DNA of 63,877 nt, filler included, from Octopus bimaculoides (Eukaryota): NCBI RefSeq assembly GCF_001194135.2. It is 6 parts of 6 records of this genome, joined end to end, with 100 filler letters (N's around TTAATTAATTAA, not from the genome) between each part and the next. Parts side by side here need not be neighbours in the genome. Positions count along the whole stretch, not along the records: positions 1 to 27,697 come from NC_068983.1; positions 27,798 to 40,977 come from NC_068986.1; 4 more parts are not named here. The stretch is one strand, 5' to 3'. Below, piece after piece: positions 25,016-38,570 of this stretch. The notes under the pieces are model-generated. The model was not told where the DNA came from and did no database searches. It saw only the letters and a program-made list of their open reading frames with translations. Positions within the stretch are counted from its first letter, which is position 1; the number at the start of each line of letters is the position of its first letter. The position numbers and the translations under genes are program-made.

Positions 25016-26056
25016 TAACATCTTGAGAATTTGTCTCCACTTTCAAATTTTTATATATATATCTATGTATGAATATGGATGTGTGTGTGTATAGGAGGAG
25101 CTTGCTCACAGATTCTATCTATCAAATTCACTCTCAAGACACTGATTGACCCAGGGCTATAGTAGAGGGCACTCTCTCAAGGCGCTGAATAATGGGACTG
25201 AACCCCAAACCAGTGATTTATAATATATATTGAAGAACAAGTTCAATTTTGCATAGATATTAAGCAACATTATAGATACATATCACACAAAAGTATGTTT
25301 TGCCTAGATTTGTGTTCAAAGTGTCATTTTCTTTTGTTATTTTCTGTATTTTTCTGTCAGAATATTCCGATATTTATTGCATTTACTCTGGCAGATGAGA
25401 GACCATAAATTAGTTTTAAACTTGTAAACCCAAGAGCCAGACGCTAGACACCTTATCATCTCATTTATCGTGACTTTTCCAACAAATTGCATTGGCAATA
25501 CAATGAACCAACATTCAACCTTACCGAAAACACTTCCAGCTATATAAACATCCATCCAGCCATTACAAGTTCTGATCAATTTAATTAAAACAAAATAATT
25601 GCCGCCTTGACAATTATTGTTTGAAGTGATAAAAACTGAATTGATTAGCCTGATGTTTAAATTGTCTAAACGTATGTTTGCTGGATACAAATCTTTCAAG
25701 ACGACTTCCTTGGAAACAAAGATGGAAAGAATTTACTTTTGAAGTATCTCCTGAGAGTAATGAAAAACAATCATTGTCTACGAGGAATATTTCTGAAAAG
25801 GAACCAGAATAACAAGAAGTCAAATAGAGTTTCATGAAAAGATTTCTTTCACACAGAAATGGTTGTGGCTTTGACAAATAAAGAATAATTACAAAAGGAG
25901 CCGAGGGGTAGGGGTGGGCGGGGTGCTAAAAGAAACGATTCAAGACTGAGTAGATGTTCCATTTAAAAACAAAAAAAAAATATTGTATTAGCTGCATTGT
26001 AAAGTTTAGTTTAGAAGAAAGAGTTTCTCAATGTTACAGATACCAGTGACATACAT

Positions 26057-26300
26057 GTACCATCATCATCATCATGACCATCATAATCACCTTTTTCATT
26101 ATCATCACCATCATCATAATCACCTTTTTTCATCAACATCATCACCATCATCATAATCACATTTTTCATTATCATCATCATCACCATCATCATTACTGCC
26201 ATCATAATCCCCTTCATCATCATCATCATCACCATCATTATCATCATCATTGTCATTATCATTGTTGTCATCATCATCATCATCAGCATCATAATCATTA
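26057..26300. repeat. Degenerate (CAT)n trinucleotide tract
   Basis: Directly visible; explains the poly-His and poly-Met ORFs. Confidence 0.9.
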
Positions 26301-26904
26301 TTGTTCTAAGGCAAAGAGCTGGCAGAATCACTACAGTGCCAGCCAAAATTCTTCGCAGCATTTCATCTGTTTTCATGCTCTTAGTTCAAATGCCACCAAG
26401 GTTGACTTTGCTTTTCATCCTTTCAGGGTAGATAGAATAAGTACCAGTTAAACACTGGGGTCGATATAATCAACTAGTCCCCTCTCCACCCCTAAATTTC
26501 AGGCCTTGTATCTAGAGCAGAAAGGAGCAAGGTTTTCACACCCACACCCTGTTTCCTTGCTCACATGGGTTGGATGACATTCATTGAGGGTAGATTTTAC
26601 ATTGGTGGGATGCTCTTTTTGTCACCAACCCTTGCTTGTTTCCAAGTAGGGTGATATGTTTCTTCATCACCAGACATGTTACATGTTTGCACAGAAGATT
26701 TAAAATAAAGGGTGCTGCTTGTATGATGGTGATGCTCATTTACAACAATCATGCTATGTCAAAACGAGGAAATGGTAACAGATACATACACTGCAGTAGA
26801 CTAACTGCGTGTAAGAGAGAGAGCAGCAGAGAAGTGGGAGCAAAGTGTGAGGGTATACTCTCAAGGTATGGGGATCAGAGTATCAATGGAATGCTAGAAT
26901 ATTC

Positions 26905-27335
26905 TTTTCTACATTAGGCACAAGGCCTGAAATTTTGGGAAAGGGGGCCAGTCGATTAGATTGACTCCAGTATGCAAGTGGTACTTAATCTATCGACCCC
27001 CAAAAGTATGAAAAGCAAAGTCAACCTTGGTGGAATTTGAACTCAGAACATAAAGACAGACGAACTACCGCTAAGCATTTCGCCCAGCGTGCTAACGTTT
27101 CTTATTTCTTTATTGCCCACAAGGGGCTAAACATAGAGGGGACAAATAAGGACAAACAAGGTATTAAGTCGATTACATCGACCCCAGTGTGTAACTAGTA
27201 TTTAATTTATCGACCTCGAAAGGATGAAAGGCAAAGTCGACCTCCGCGGAATTTGGACTCAGAACATAAAGACAGGCAAAATACCACAAAGCATTTTGCC
27301 CGGCATGCTAACGTCTCTGCCAGCTTGTTGCCTTC
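26905..27335 (-). mobile_element. Two family A SINE copies
   Basis: Family A consensus on the minus strand. Confidence 0.85.
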
Positions 27336-27492
27336 ATTAATGCAGGAATATTGTTTCCCTGTATACTTCTTGCATGTAGTAAGCACTAGCCATTGCAACA
27401 AGTGAATATGATTATAATCTGTTTTGGTTAACTAACTAATTATCAATTTTCTACTATTATATCTTTACTTTGAAATTAGTGTTTTCTCCTAT

Positions 27493-27529
<37 letters not shown>

Positions 27530-27642
27530 ATGGGTATGTATGAATGTATATGAATGTATTTCCTAATAATCACATAAAAATGAAAATGCATGCTAACGTG
27601 CTTGTGACTATCCACACATGGGAATATGCATGTACATTGATA

Positions 27643-27697
<55 letters not shown>

Positions 27698-27797
27698 NNN
27701 NNNNNNNNNNNNNNNNNNNNNNNNNNNNNNNNNNNNNNNNNTTAATTAATTAANNNNNNNNNNNNNNNNNNNNNNNNNNNNNNNNNNNNNNNNNNNN
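27698..27797. other. Artificial contig/scaffold spacer (44 N + TTAATTAATTAA + 44 N)
   Basis: Identical 100-nt layout five times; the 12-mer has stop codons in all six frames. Confidence 0.9.
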
Positions 27798-27841
<44 letters not shown>

Positions 27842-28777
27842 CTTTCCAAACTTCAACATGACTGAATATTCTAACAACAAAGAAAACTTATTGCACAACT
27901 TACATGCTTCAGATAACTTAATATACTGCCGACTTAACTAACACCAAAACATCGTCATACATATATACTAAAATAAAATATATAGATTTCATACTACAAT
28001 GCAGAATTCTGAAACCTATACGAAAAGAGTATATTCTATTTTAATATATATATATATCTTACTCAGTTACAACTATATTTTATTAAGTTATATAGCACCG
28101 GACTATTTTCATTGTGGTGAGGTAGATCTTTTGTTTTATTTTTGTTTCTCTTTTCGCTTGAACATACATTTCTGGCATGTTTTCAGAAATGATTCTATTA
28201 TATTAATGCTTTCGGTATACCGTAATGTATACACACTGAGTCACGATACAATTTGTGTAATATGTATTTTACGTGGTTTCCCACTCTGTTTAAATCATGT
28301 TACTTTACTGGGGTGAATGTTGTGCGTGTATGACTTTGTTTTGTTTTTGTTTTGCTTATTTTATCTATGCATATACGTGTATTTCTGTCATTTTTCTGTT
28401 CTGGATGAAGCCGCGTTGAGTGGTACCACAAGAAGAGCGTTCATAAAAACGGACTTTCTGTATATGCAAACTATTAAATTCTGATAAATATATTTATATA
28501 CTTGTATGTGTGCGTATGCGTATGCGTGAGAGTGTGAGTGTGGGTGTGTGGGTGTGTGGGTGTGTGGGTGTGTGGGGGGTGTCCACTGCCGAATGACAAC
28601 CGATGCTGGTGTGTTTATATCGCCGTAACTTAGCAGTTCGGCAAAATAGACAATAGAATACATACTAGGCTTACTAAGAATAAGTTCTGGAGTCGAATTC
28701 TTCGAATAAACCCTCTTTAAAGCAGTGGTCCAGCATGGCCGCAGTCAAATGACTGAAATAAGTAAAAGAATAAAGGA

Positions 28778-28838
<61 letters not shown>

Positions 28839-29099
28839 TATATCAAATGAATCATAACATACGATGGATAATTTTCACCTCATTACAGTTATTTCTTACG
28901 TAACTTTTTAATACGAAAATGAGAACATTAATCCATTACGAAAGACTGTCATTATCAGATGACAAGTAATTTTATAAACAAAAGAACATCCCAAAAATAC
29001 AACAGTGATGTGGCTGAATATTGTCGAGATCAATATTGTCGAGATAATTTATCCCGTCATGCAATTGAAAAAACCGCATTATTTATGGGATGGCCCAAT

Positions 29100-29560
29100 A
29101 TATTTGAATAGCGATGTTGTGAAACATGAGTTTCTGTGTGTCTAAGGGTATAAAAGCAAAACTATGTAATTCCAACGTAGCATTAGATTTAAATATAGGT
29201 CTCTCTTCACAATTAAAACTGAACGTTTCCCGCCAAGCACCAAGATTTCTTTTCATTTCTTTTTTATGTATAGTTGAAATCATCTATATATGGCGGATGG
29301 TTTATTTACATCCTGGTTTCAACAAATTCATACGCAAGTCGGGTTTTTGTTAGTATACTTGTTAGGGAAATCAATGACGAAAAGCAATATAGAGAAGGAA
29401 TCTCCCTCAAATATCCTTCTCCATAATTTCATACTTCTCGATTATTCCATTTCGCATTTTGGTTCTTCTTCCCATGATCGCATCGTCTTTTCAAAGACAA
29501 GTGTTATCTCCCCTTTTGATGGTATATGTCTTTCTAACACTTCACTTCAGTAAATTGAAC
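29100..29560 (-). mobile_element. Degraded reverse transcriptase of an R4/Dong-like LINE
   Basis: Minus strand reads RRIFEGDSFSILLFVIDF...INHPPYIDDFNY, matching GIFQGDSLSPLLFV...INHLLYMDDLKL. Confidence 0.75.
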
Positions 29561-32068
29561 TAAAGTTGTTTTTGTAAATAGTAGCGAAACAAATTGTTAC
29601 ATAAGGCTTTCCGGAAATACCTTTTAAAAAAATATTCTTTCAGCATCTGTATACATAAGTATATTTCCTAGAAAGTGCATAAAGTTTGGTCGATTGGTAT
29701 TTACAATTGGTAAACTATCATTCACTTCTTATTTAAAAACTTATGAATGAAGTTTAAATTGCCGAGAAGGATAATTTAATAACATATTTATGTTTTCAGC
29801 TATTCAAAAAATACATTTCTAATACGTTTAGTAATAAAAATGCTTTATTAAAAGGTAGATATTATTGAAGTTGAACAAGTACAACTCTGAAAATATTATT
29901 TTCTATTCTCAAAAACATCAATTTGTATTAAAAAAATGTCGATTTTTTTTTCTTTCGTGTTTCATCTCCATCACTAATAAAATTAACATTTCGATCTAAC
30001 TCAGCAGAATTATTTAGACGTGTTAAAAATTTCGATTCACATTATTGATATTGCAGATTCTATGGAAGAACAAAATGCACATGTAAATTGATAAATGAAT
30101 TTAGTAGTAAAAATTTTCCGAGACAAATACAGAAGTTAATAACAAATATTGTAACTACAGCTCAAAACATGTCTTCATGTTTATGGAACTTTCGTCTACT
30201 GCAATTATAATTCATGTATTTAGAATCTATAAAGACATCAGGAAGAATATATAATGTATAAATTATCGTTGATACTGATTTGACACGTCCCTTCATGTAT
30301 ATTATCTCGATCGATGATATACACCTTTTCACGTGCGATAACAAAAATAAGAGAGATATTCAACGGAATAGCTTAATAAAAGACTTGATTTAATTATGTT
30401 TGACAGAAATTGCAGTAATATTAATTCACTGCTGTTTCGTGTGGAACTGAAAGGAGAAGAAAAACACACAGTTAGATGAAAATATTCTTTAAAATGTGTG
30501 ATTCTTTCTATAATCTAAGCCAAACGAATTATGAGAAAATATCACAAAAGGATTATTTGATTTCAACGAGGAATTACATATTCAATATCTGAGGTAATCT
30601 CAAATTTGATTTCTAAGTCACTTTTTAGCTGTATCAAAAAAACTTCTCAACTGTTTTTCCCGGATTACTCCTTAATGCTAATCTCTAGAAATAATTAGTC
30701 CCATAAAATTTTTAATGTTTTTGTTCTCTTTTTCAGAATCTTCCAAATACTTTTATTTGCATATATTTATTTATTTCACGTTGTTTTTTTTTATCACGTT
30801 ATTACGTATTATGGTAATGCACTATATTGATTTGTTTTACTGTAGCATTGTGTGGTGCCGTATGTTAACTATAGTTTAAGTATTTTCTGCTCGTCTATTC
30901 AGTCAGTTATAATATATTTCACCTTAGGTAATTTGTATTTTGTTTTGGTTTGGGTAAGACGATATTATATTCTATGCGATTGTCAGGGATTACAAATGTA
31001 ATGTTCATACAAATGTTTCAGTAAAGTGAACTTAATTTAACTGAGAATTTAAAAATTCGCTACAGTCTTGTCTTGGCTGCAACTTAGCAAATATCATACG
31101 ACACAATGCATAATTTAGTGTTGGTAAAACCATGAGACATGAAGCTGGCCTATGAAATAGATTCGAAACTTTTTAATTTTGAATAAGGGAATGGCACAAC
31201 ATAACTTCTAAGAATAGACCTTAAAATACTCCCTGCTGAAAAACTTTTCATCACAGGTCGCATCAGTTACGGTTCACCGAATGGTAAACAAGAGTGGCAG
31301 CAGCAACAGCAGCAGAAACAACGCATCATGGACTTATTAGACTCTTCAACAATCACGTTTACTCCTCGACAAGATCTATTTATTTTGCATCTAAGCAAGA
31401 AGAGAATGTTTCTGTGTCTTTTTGAGTTGAATGAACATTGATAATGGCGAAATAAGAAATGATAAATTTACATCCTTCTAAATGATAGTATATGTACATA
31501 ACCAATACATCTCCTTGTTTAGTTTTTGATTGTAAAAAATCTATGCGGAAATTTTATCAGCTACAGACGTAATAATTTATAGATTTTTATTGATCTCATA
31601 TTGATAAAAAGATAAAAGTGATATATAAATTCGAAATCTTTTGAAATAGACTTAGCACTTGTGGTTCGTTAGACGCTCATGCTGATGTTTGGTAAAGCTT
31701 TATAAAAGTATAACTATAATATCACATTTTTAAAAAGAAATTTCATCTGTCTGACTTGGGGAGACAATGACATAATCATAATCATCTTCGATATCATAAG
31801 TGGACTGGTTGCTTATGAAGATTTGAGTGTTTCATTAGATGGTCCATTGATATAATTGTTAGAGCGTCGGATTGAATGTTCTAAGGTATTCGTTCCTCCA
31901 ATTCTCTGCTCTCTGAGCTCAAATTCCACCGAGGTAAGCAATGTCTTATATCCTTCTAGAGTCGAGTCTTCTCCATTTTCCACATGTATACACGCACTGT
32001 CTCTCCTCTCCTCTCTCATTTTCTCTCTCCCTATCTCTCCGAAACATGCGCGCATACACACAGACACA

Positions 32069-32118
<50 letters not shown>

Positions 32119-33766
32119 NNNNNNNNNNNNNNNNNNNNNNNNNNNNNNNNNNNNNNNNNNNNNNNNNNNNNNNNNNNNNNNNNNNNNNNNNNNNNNNNNN
32201 NNNNNNNNNNNNNNNNNNNNNNNNNNNNNNNNNNNNTATATTATATTCTACAAAAAATAAAGGAATTCTTGAGCACAGGATGGCTGTGAAAACAGCTTAG
32301 AAAATCGGGTACATACTCTTTAGAAAAGGAAATCAACTGGACACTTTTTTCTGTCTTGTAAAGAGTATTTACCTGATTTTCTGAGCCGTCTTCACAACCG
32401 ACCTGCGTCCGAGAATTCCTTTATTATAGCGACTCACTCGACGCTTAGAAGTTTGTTTACAAAATATTCCTGTTTTCCTTGATCATGATGCATGCAGACG
32501 GAAATCGTTAAGCTTTTAGATGTTAAATGTCCCTGTCCAAAACACAGAGGTGTGTCAGTAAGTTAAATAGAGACGAAAAACAATTCAGCGAATAGAGTGG
32601 ACTGTTGATTATTGTAGCCGTTACAATTCACTTGTGCCTCTAATACTGTTAGAAAATGGTATCAAGTTTGTCGCTTCTTTTTTTCTCGTATCATATTGGC
32701 ATTATTCCTACTTTAGAAATATCAATTCATATCCATAAGATTATTATGTGTAATACCGTAAACTCTACAGGAGATTTGTCCACTCTTTGGCTTTGATACT
32801 TAATTCAGGCCATTTTCATACACCTTTCTAATCACTTTCAAAGCAGCATGAGTATTACTTTAGCCATTTTCTCTTACAGCAAACCAAACAAAAACTATAC
32901 AATCTAATGGATAATTATACAGTCTTTTCTCTCGAATGATTTGGCTGACATGTGAATGACTATGTTGCAGAGATGATGTAATAAAACTGAAACATGTCGA
33001 ATATTTTTACTATGTCTGCCAAAATTCAAGCTGCTCTTTCTCTCGCCACATCACTTATTTGAAATTTTAATTCTTAGAAATTTTTGCGCGTCATGCCTTT
33101 TCAAAAGATCGTTCTTTTGTTTTGGTTTCATTTTGAGTTTAGGCTACCCGTCTTTTATTCTTTCTTTCGCTGAATTAAACGCTGAATCTGTGTCGTCTCA
33201 CTCATCTTATATCTGGCAAGTACTGGTATGACTAGTAAGACCGAAACATGGCCATAGCTGTCATCATACTTATCAAATACGTGACTCATTCTCTATTGCA
33301 TTCCATTTTTAATTCAGGTCTATAAATTTAAATTTAGAGCTGTGTCTAAATTCAAATTTAGAGCGCTACTTCTTTTGACCAAAATAAATATTTTTATTGC
33401 CTATTCTAGGAGGGAAGGGCAACATCAATGTCCTTTGACTTTTTCGAGGTCTGGAACTCATCTCACTGCTGCAACTGCATGAATTCCGCTGGAATCAAGT
33501 TTTGATGATAAACAGGATGAAGGATACTTTGTCTTCACTACGAGCGTAATTTTTGGATCCATTTTTGAACAGTTGAACCTACAAATTGGTCTCCTATTCT
33601 AACTGCATCTTTTTCATAAGAATATCCCCTGTTTCCCCTCTTTTGGCCCACAAGAGCGAGTCAAAGGGAGAATACCTGTCTTCATTGACTTCATACTATT
33701 TATTTTGGGGGGATTTACTGAACAAATGACAGTATAGAATTCCTGCCTCCCATTTGTCTTCGGCTT

Positions 33767-33830
33767 TAGAGTCTGACGAGGCGTTCATGGGGCCAAGCCA
33801 TTTGTGGATGCGAAACCATTGGTCACTTTA
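33767..33830 (+). ncRNA. Type I hammerhead ribozyme (Penelope-type), predicted GUC cleavage after 33824
   Basis: Stem I UAGAGU/ACUUUA; core CUGACGA (33773-33779); stem II GCGUUCA/UGGAUGC plus UGG/CCA; GAAA (33812-33815); palindromic stem III ACCA-U-UGGU; triplet GUC. Confidence 0.8.
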
Positions 33831-33858
33831 TGACCGGACATAGACTTAACTACTTATA

Positions 33859-33889
<31 letters not shown>

Positions 33890-34599
33890 NNNNNNNNNNN
33901 NNNNNNNNNNNNNNNNNNNNNNNNNNNNNNNNNNNNNNNNATATACCATCCTGCCAGAAATTGACAGGCATCGTTATTAAATGAAAGAGGTATGTCTCAT
34001 ATTCTTTCAATTATTACGAGTTAAGTACCGGTTCTCGACAGATCTTCGAAACATTAGACATATATATATTATCAATATTTCAGTCTCTTTCTTCTAAGTT
34101 AGATAAATAAAAGAACTTAATTAACGTTTTAATACAGGAAACAGTTGTTTACCACAGAAGTTCTCTGAACAGTTCTTTTTTATTTCTTTAACATTGTTTT
34201 TTTTTTGTTTTTTATTTTGTTGTAGTTTCTGGAATTGTTCTGCTATTTCTATTATGGAGATTGTTATTAGGATTGATGTGCTGCAGGTGATCACGAACAG
34301 AGTGACTAATGCTGTTGCCCTTCGGTAGATATTTTCCTTTTTTTATAATGTGTCACTCGTATAAATTGTTCTGTTGAGAAATAATCATGTTTGTGTAACT
34401 TATCCGGCAACATAAATGAATCTTTACTTTTGATAATAATATCACTAATTGAATCATAAATCTGGGCAAGCTGAGACAAACATTCTAATAAAATGTATGG
34501 CAACATACACATACAACCAGAAAGTCACATATAGACAAGCACAGACGCACACTCGTAAACACACATATGTGTATATATGTCTATGTATATGTATAGTGG

Positions 34600-34648
<49 letters not shown>

Positions 34649-34658
34649 CATACATACA

Positions 34659-34690
<32 letters not shown>

Positions 34691-34870
34691 AGCACATATA
34701 CATAAATGTCTATACGCCGACATTCATGTAAGCACATACGTATATGGGATAGATATGCATGAGCATATATGTATATGCATATGGTATGTGTGTTTGTGTG
34801 TATGTGTGTGTTTGTGTGTGTGTATGTGTATATGACTATGTGTGAAAAGTGGGCCTAAGTAACGAAAGTT

Positions 34871-34924
<54 letters not shown>

Positions 34925-34930
<6 letters not shown>

Positions 34931-35320
34931 TGACCGCGTGTTTATCGTTGGCGATTTTCTTTCTCCGTCTTCCCTTTGGACCTTTTCCTATATTTTTGAT
35001 GAAGAGCTCCGCCTCGAAACATGAAATCCTTTCCTGAGCGTCCGATAACACACTACCTGTTCCACGTCCTCGATTTGTTGTTTTTTCTTGCTTGTTCATC
35101 TTTGGATTGACTATATACCGCACGCTCACACGGACCACGGACTTCTCACTGACTTTGGAGCAACCAATTCCTGGATTTCTTGTACCTCCTGATTACTGTT
35201 CCTATTCATTCGGATTACGCCACTTACGTCTTCATCGGAAATCATTAGAATTTGTCCGTGACTCTTCCACTTTATCTCTCCACTTTTTGTCTCACCAGTC
35301 CGATATCATTGCTGTTAAAC
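34925..35320 (-). mobile_element. Degraded AP-endonuclease region of an RTE-clade LINE
   Basis: Frame-shifted minus-strand residues EIKWKSHG / SGGTRNPGIG..KSVVRV / GSVLSDAQERISCFEAELFIKNIGKG...ANDKHAV resemble RTE APE (ETRWKG..GVG..QVGC..EEK.FW..L..IP.....DLNGHV). Confidence 0.5.
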
Positions 35321-35449
35321 TAGTCTGACATCATTGCTGTCAAACCTTCGTAGCTGTTATCAACAATAGCGTTAAATATCGGTGCTTTCGAAATTCGAAA
35401 GAAATACATCCAATGTTCTACGTGACATCATCTGAATAAACAAGCATGT

Positions 35450-36075
<626 letters not shown>

Positions 36076-37899
36076 TATACATTTATTTATTGCACTAACC
36101 GGCCGTACACTAATGACCGATGAAACAGCAATGACGCCAATAACACAGAGATTAGCTTCGAGGCAAGACATCAGTGATACGCTAATCAACAGGACTTCAC
36201 AACCAAATACACAAGTATTAGAAAATTATATTATTTTCTAAGCTATTTTATTATAAATATTTTCTTCTACCTTTAACCAAATATATAATTGCTTCTAAAT
36301 ATGCTTCACCTAAATATATCCCCCGTTTTCTGTTTGCGTATTCATTCATTGTATACCACGTTAATCTGTGTATTATATTGGGACATAATTAGGCTTCTTG
36401 GGCCTAAATAAGTCTATGCTTGCTTCTGTTTAAACGTGACTGTTTGTATGTTATTGTTCAGTCCCCAAGTTTAGATCTCAGTAAGGAGACCTATTGTCAA
36501 CTGATCAATTGTTTTCCATCTAGAACTTCATCAGTGAATTTTCTTTTTCCATTTTTTATGATGGTATGTTATGACGCCCATATTATAACTTCTTTATCCA
36601 TTAGTATGCTGTCATTGTTATCTTGTTGTTGAGACTGAAATCAATAATCTTCGAGAGAGCCTAAAAGCAAAGACATCCCAGCTGTAATTATCCCGACTTG
36701 GTGGGCATATCTGAAAAGATATTACCTAATGAGAACATCTTTGTGTTTTAAAGCGATTATATGTGATTGGCGGGAGATTTAGGATATTATTTTTAGTAGT
36801 CTAAAACGGCTTAGATACTTACTTTTTGGATCGTAAGTTGGATATGTGTGGCAAATCAATTTTTCTTCAGCTACACTGTTTCTACCTGTTAGTTTGTGTT
36901 GTTACTCTCTACAATAAGATGTACTGATGAGAATTTGTACGTAAGCGTTTGTATGTGCAACATATTGTGTGCTAAACGAGTAACTATCTTTAGTTCAACA
37001 GTGGCTGATGAAGTAAATAATCTCGGAAATATATAGATGTCCACCAGAAAAATGGTGGTAAATATGCCAGATTTTCTGTGTATGGTATATTTGATGAACA
37101 TTTTTTCTGATTGTTTAATTAACTTATATATTTATAGCACCGACTATCTAATGAGTGCCTTTTACCTGATAAAATATCGCAGATAAATAAACTGAAATTG
37201 TGTTTATCATAATACTTCTGGTAATTTTTTGGTAACTACTTTATGTTTGTGAAGGTGGCACAGGACATAGCTGTTACAGAGTTTCACTCACGATCTTACC
37301 ATTATGATTTTGATTCCCGGAGAGAGTGGTGTTTTATGTTATTGAGCAAAGCACTTCATTTCACCTTTTTCCTGTCCACTCAGCAGTAAATTATTTGCAG
37401 CAATAGCTGTGAAGGATTGGTGTGGCGTTCATGGTCGAGAGTGTTGTAGTCTCTGTCACTTACATACTGTGGAAACATTATTAAGCTCAGGCGTTATGAG
37501 TCTTAGGTCACATGACAGACATGAGTCTAAATAAGTTGCCGTGTTTTGCACCTTTCTTGCATGAGTAGCATGACAGCATATAAACAAAAATATTTGCAAA
37601 CGTATCAAAAGTCAAGAGTACATGGAGATTTCGTTGTCCACATTGAAAATCTTGGAAAATGTGTACTATATAAATCTATTTCTCTCCAAGCATAAAGCCT
37701 GTGTAAGTAAATCCATTTTCATACAAAACTGCGTAAGATAGGTGAATCTTTAGTAATATGTTTTTAAAACATTAATAAACGATTTATATGAGTCATATTT
37801 AAATGTAAGTATTCATGAACAACTCAATGTTGTTTTTAAATATGTGGCTATCTGGCATGCTTATAACAAATCCAGTATGTATGAAATAAAATATGTTAT

Positions 37900-38180
37900 C
37901 CTTTTATTTGTAAATATCTGCAAAAGTTACCAATTCCGATCTTTTGTGCTAAATTGAAAGTCACTGTGATATAATGATAAACGTCCGCAAGATGCAGAAA
38001 TTGCACCTTATGCTCTACAACGGACCAGCTAATCCTCTTATTGTTGATATTGCCATCCTTTAAGTTCCAAATGTATTTAGAGGGTGAAGTAGTAAGACGT
38101 CTTTTTCATTGTTTGAATGTGTACACATGTTGGCAGAATGGTTAGTTTTCAATCAACCCAATACAGTATTTTTGATCTCA
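37900..38180 (-). mobile_element. Degraded GIY-YIG endonuclease of a Penelope-like element
   Basis: Minus strand reads KYCIGLIEN*PFCQHVYTFKQ*KRRLTTSPSKYIWNLKDGNINNKRISWSVV (YIGLTE..FK.R..H..F....T.LSKYIW.LK....W pattern). Confidence 0.75.
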
Positions 38181-38354
38181 CTGCTACCTTCTAGAGAGAG
38201 TTGAACTCGAAAAAATGCTGCTTTAAGTATAAACATGCCTTTGTGGGTAGACAATATACTTGTTTAAATTACATTGAGAGGAAGTGATTCTCTTGTACGT
38301 GGAAGCATGGAAACTGCAAAGGATTTAATGCAACTGTTGTTCACTTTATGCTAT

Positions 38355-38570
38355 TATTAGTTTCAAATTTTAGCACAAGGCCATAAATTTCGGGTCAGAG
38401 GACTACTAAATTACATCGACCCCAGTACTCAAATGATAATTATTTTATCAACCCCGAAGGGATGAAAGACAAGGTCAATCTTGGTGGAATTGAACTCAGA
38501 ACTTAAAGACGGACGAAATGCCGCCAAGCATTTTGACCGGAGTGCTAACGATGCTGCTAGGTCACCACCT
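38355..38570 (-). mobile_element. SINE family A copy
   Basis: Family A consensus. Confidence 0.8.

Noticed and set aside
26011-26451. Poly-His and poly-Met ORFs (also the poly-Asp/His ORFs at 40542-40891)
   Set aside because: Trinucleotide tracts flanked by SINEs, with no supporting exon context.
27742-27753. Recurrent TTAATTAATTAA as a regulatory or homeodomain site
   Set aside because: Always centred in exactly 44+44 N, so it is an assembly linker.
32380-32430. Minus-strand RTQVGCEDGSENQ resembling the APE motif YAPQVGC
   Set aside because: Too short, with no other APE motifs in register.
34255-34325. ATG-initiated phase-2 candidate for TXNL1 exon 1 (also the donor at 36833)
   Set aside because: No thioredoxin N-terminal similarity (36833 has no in-frame ATG), and both lie across an artificial spacer from exon 2.
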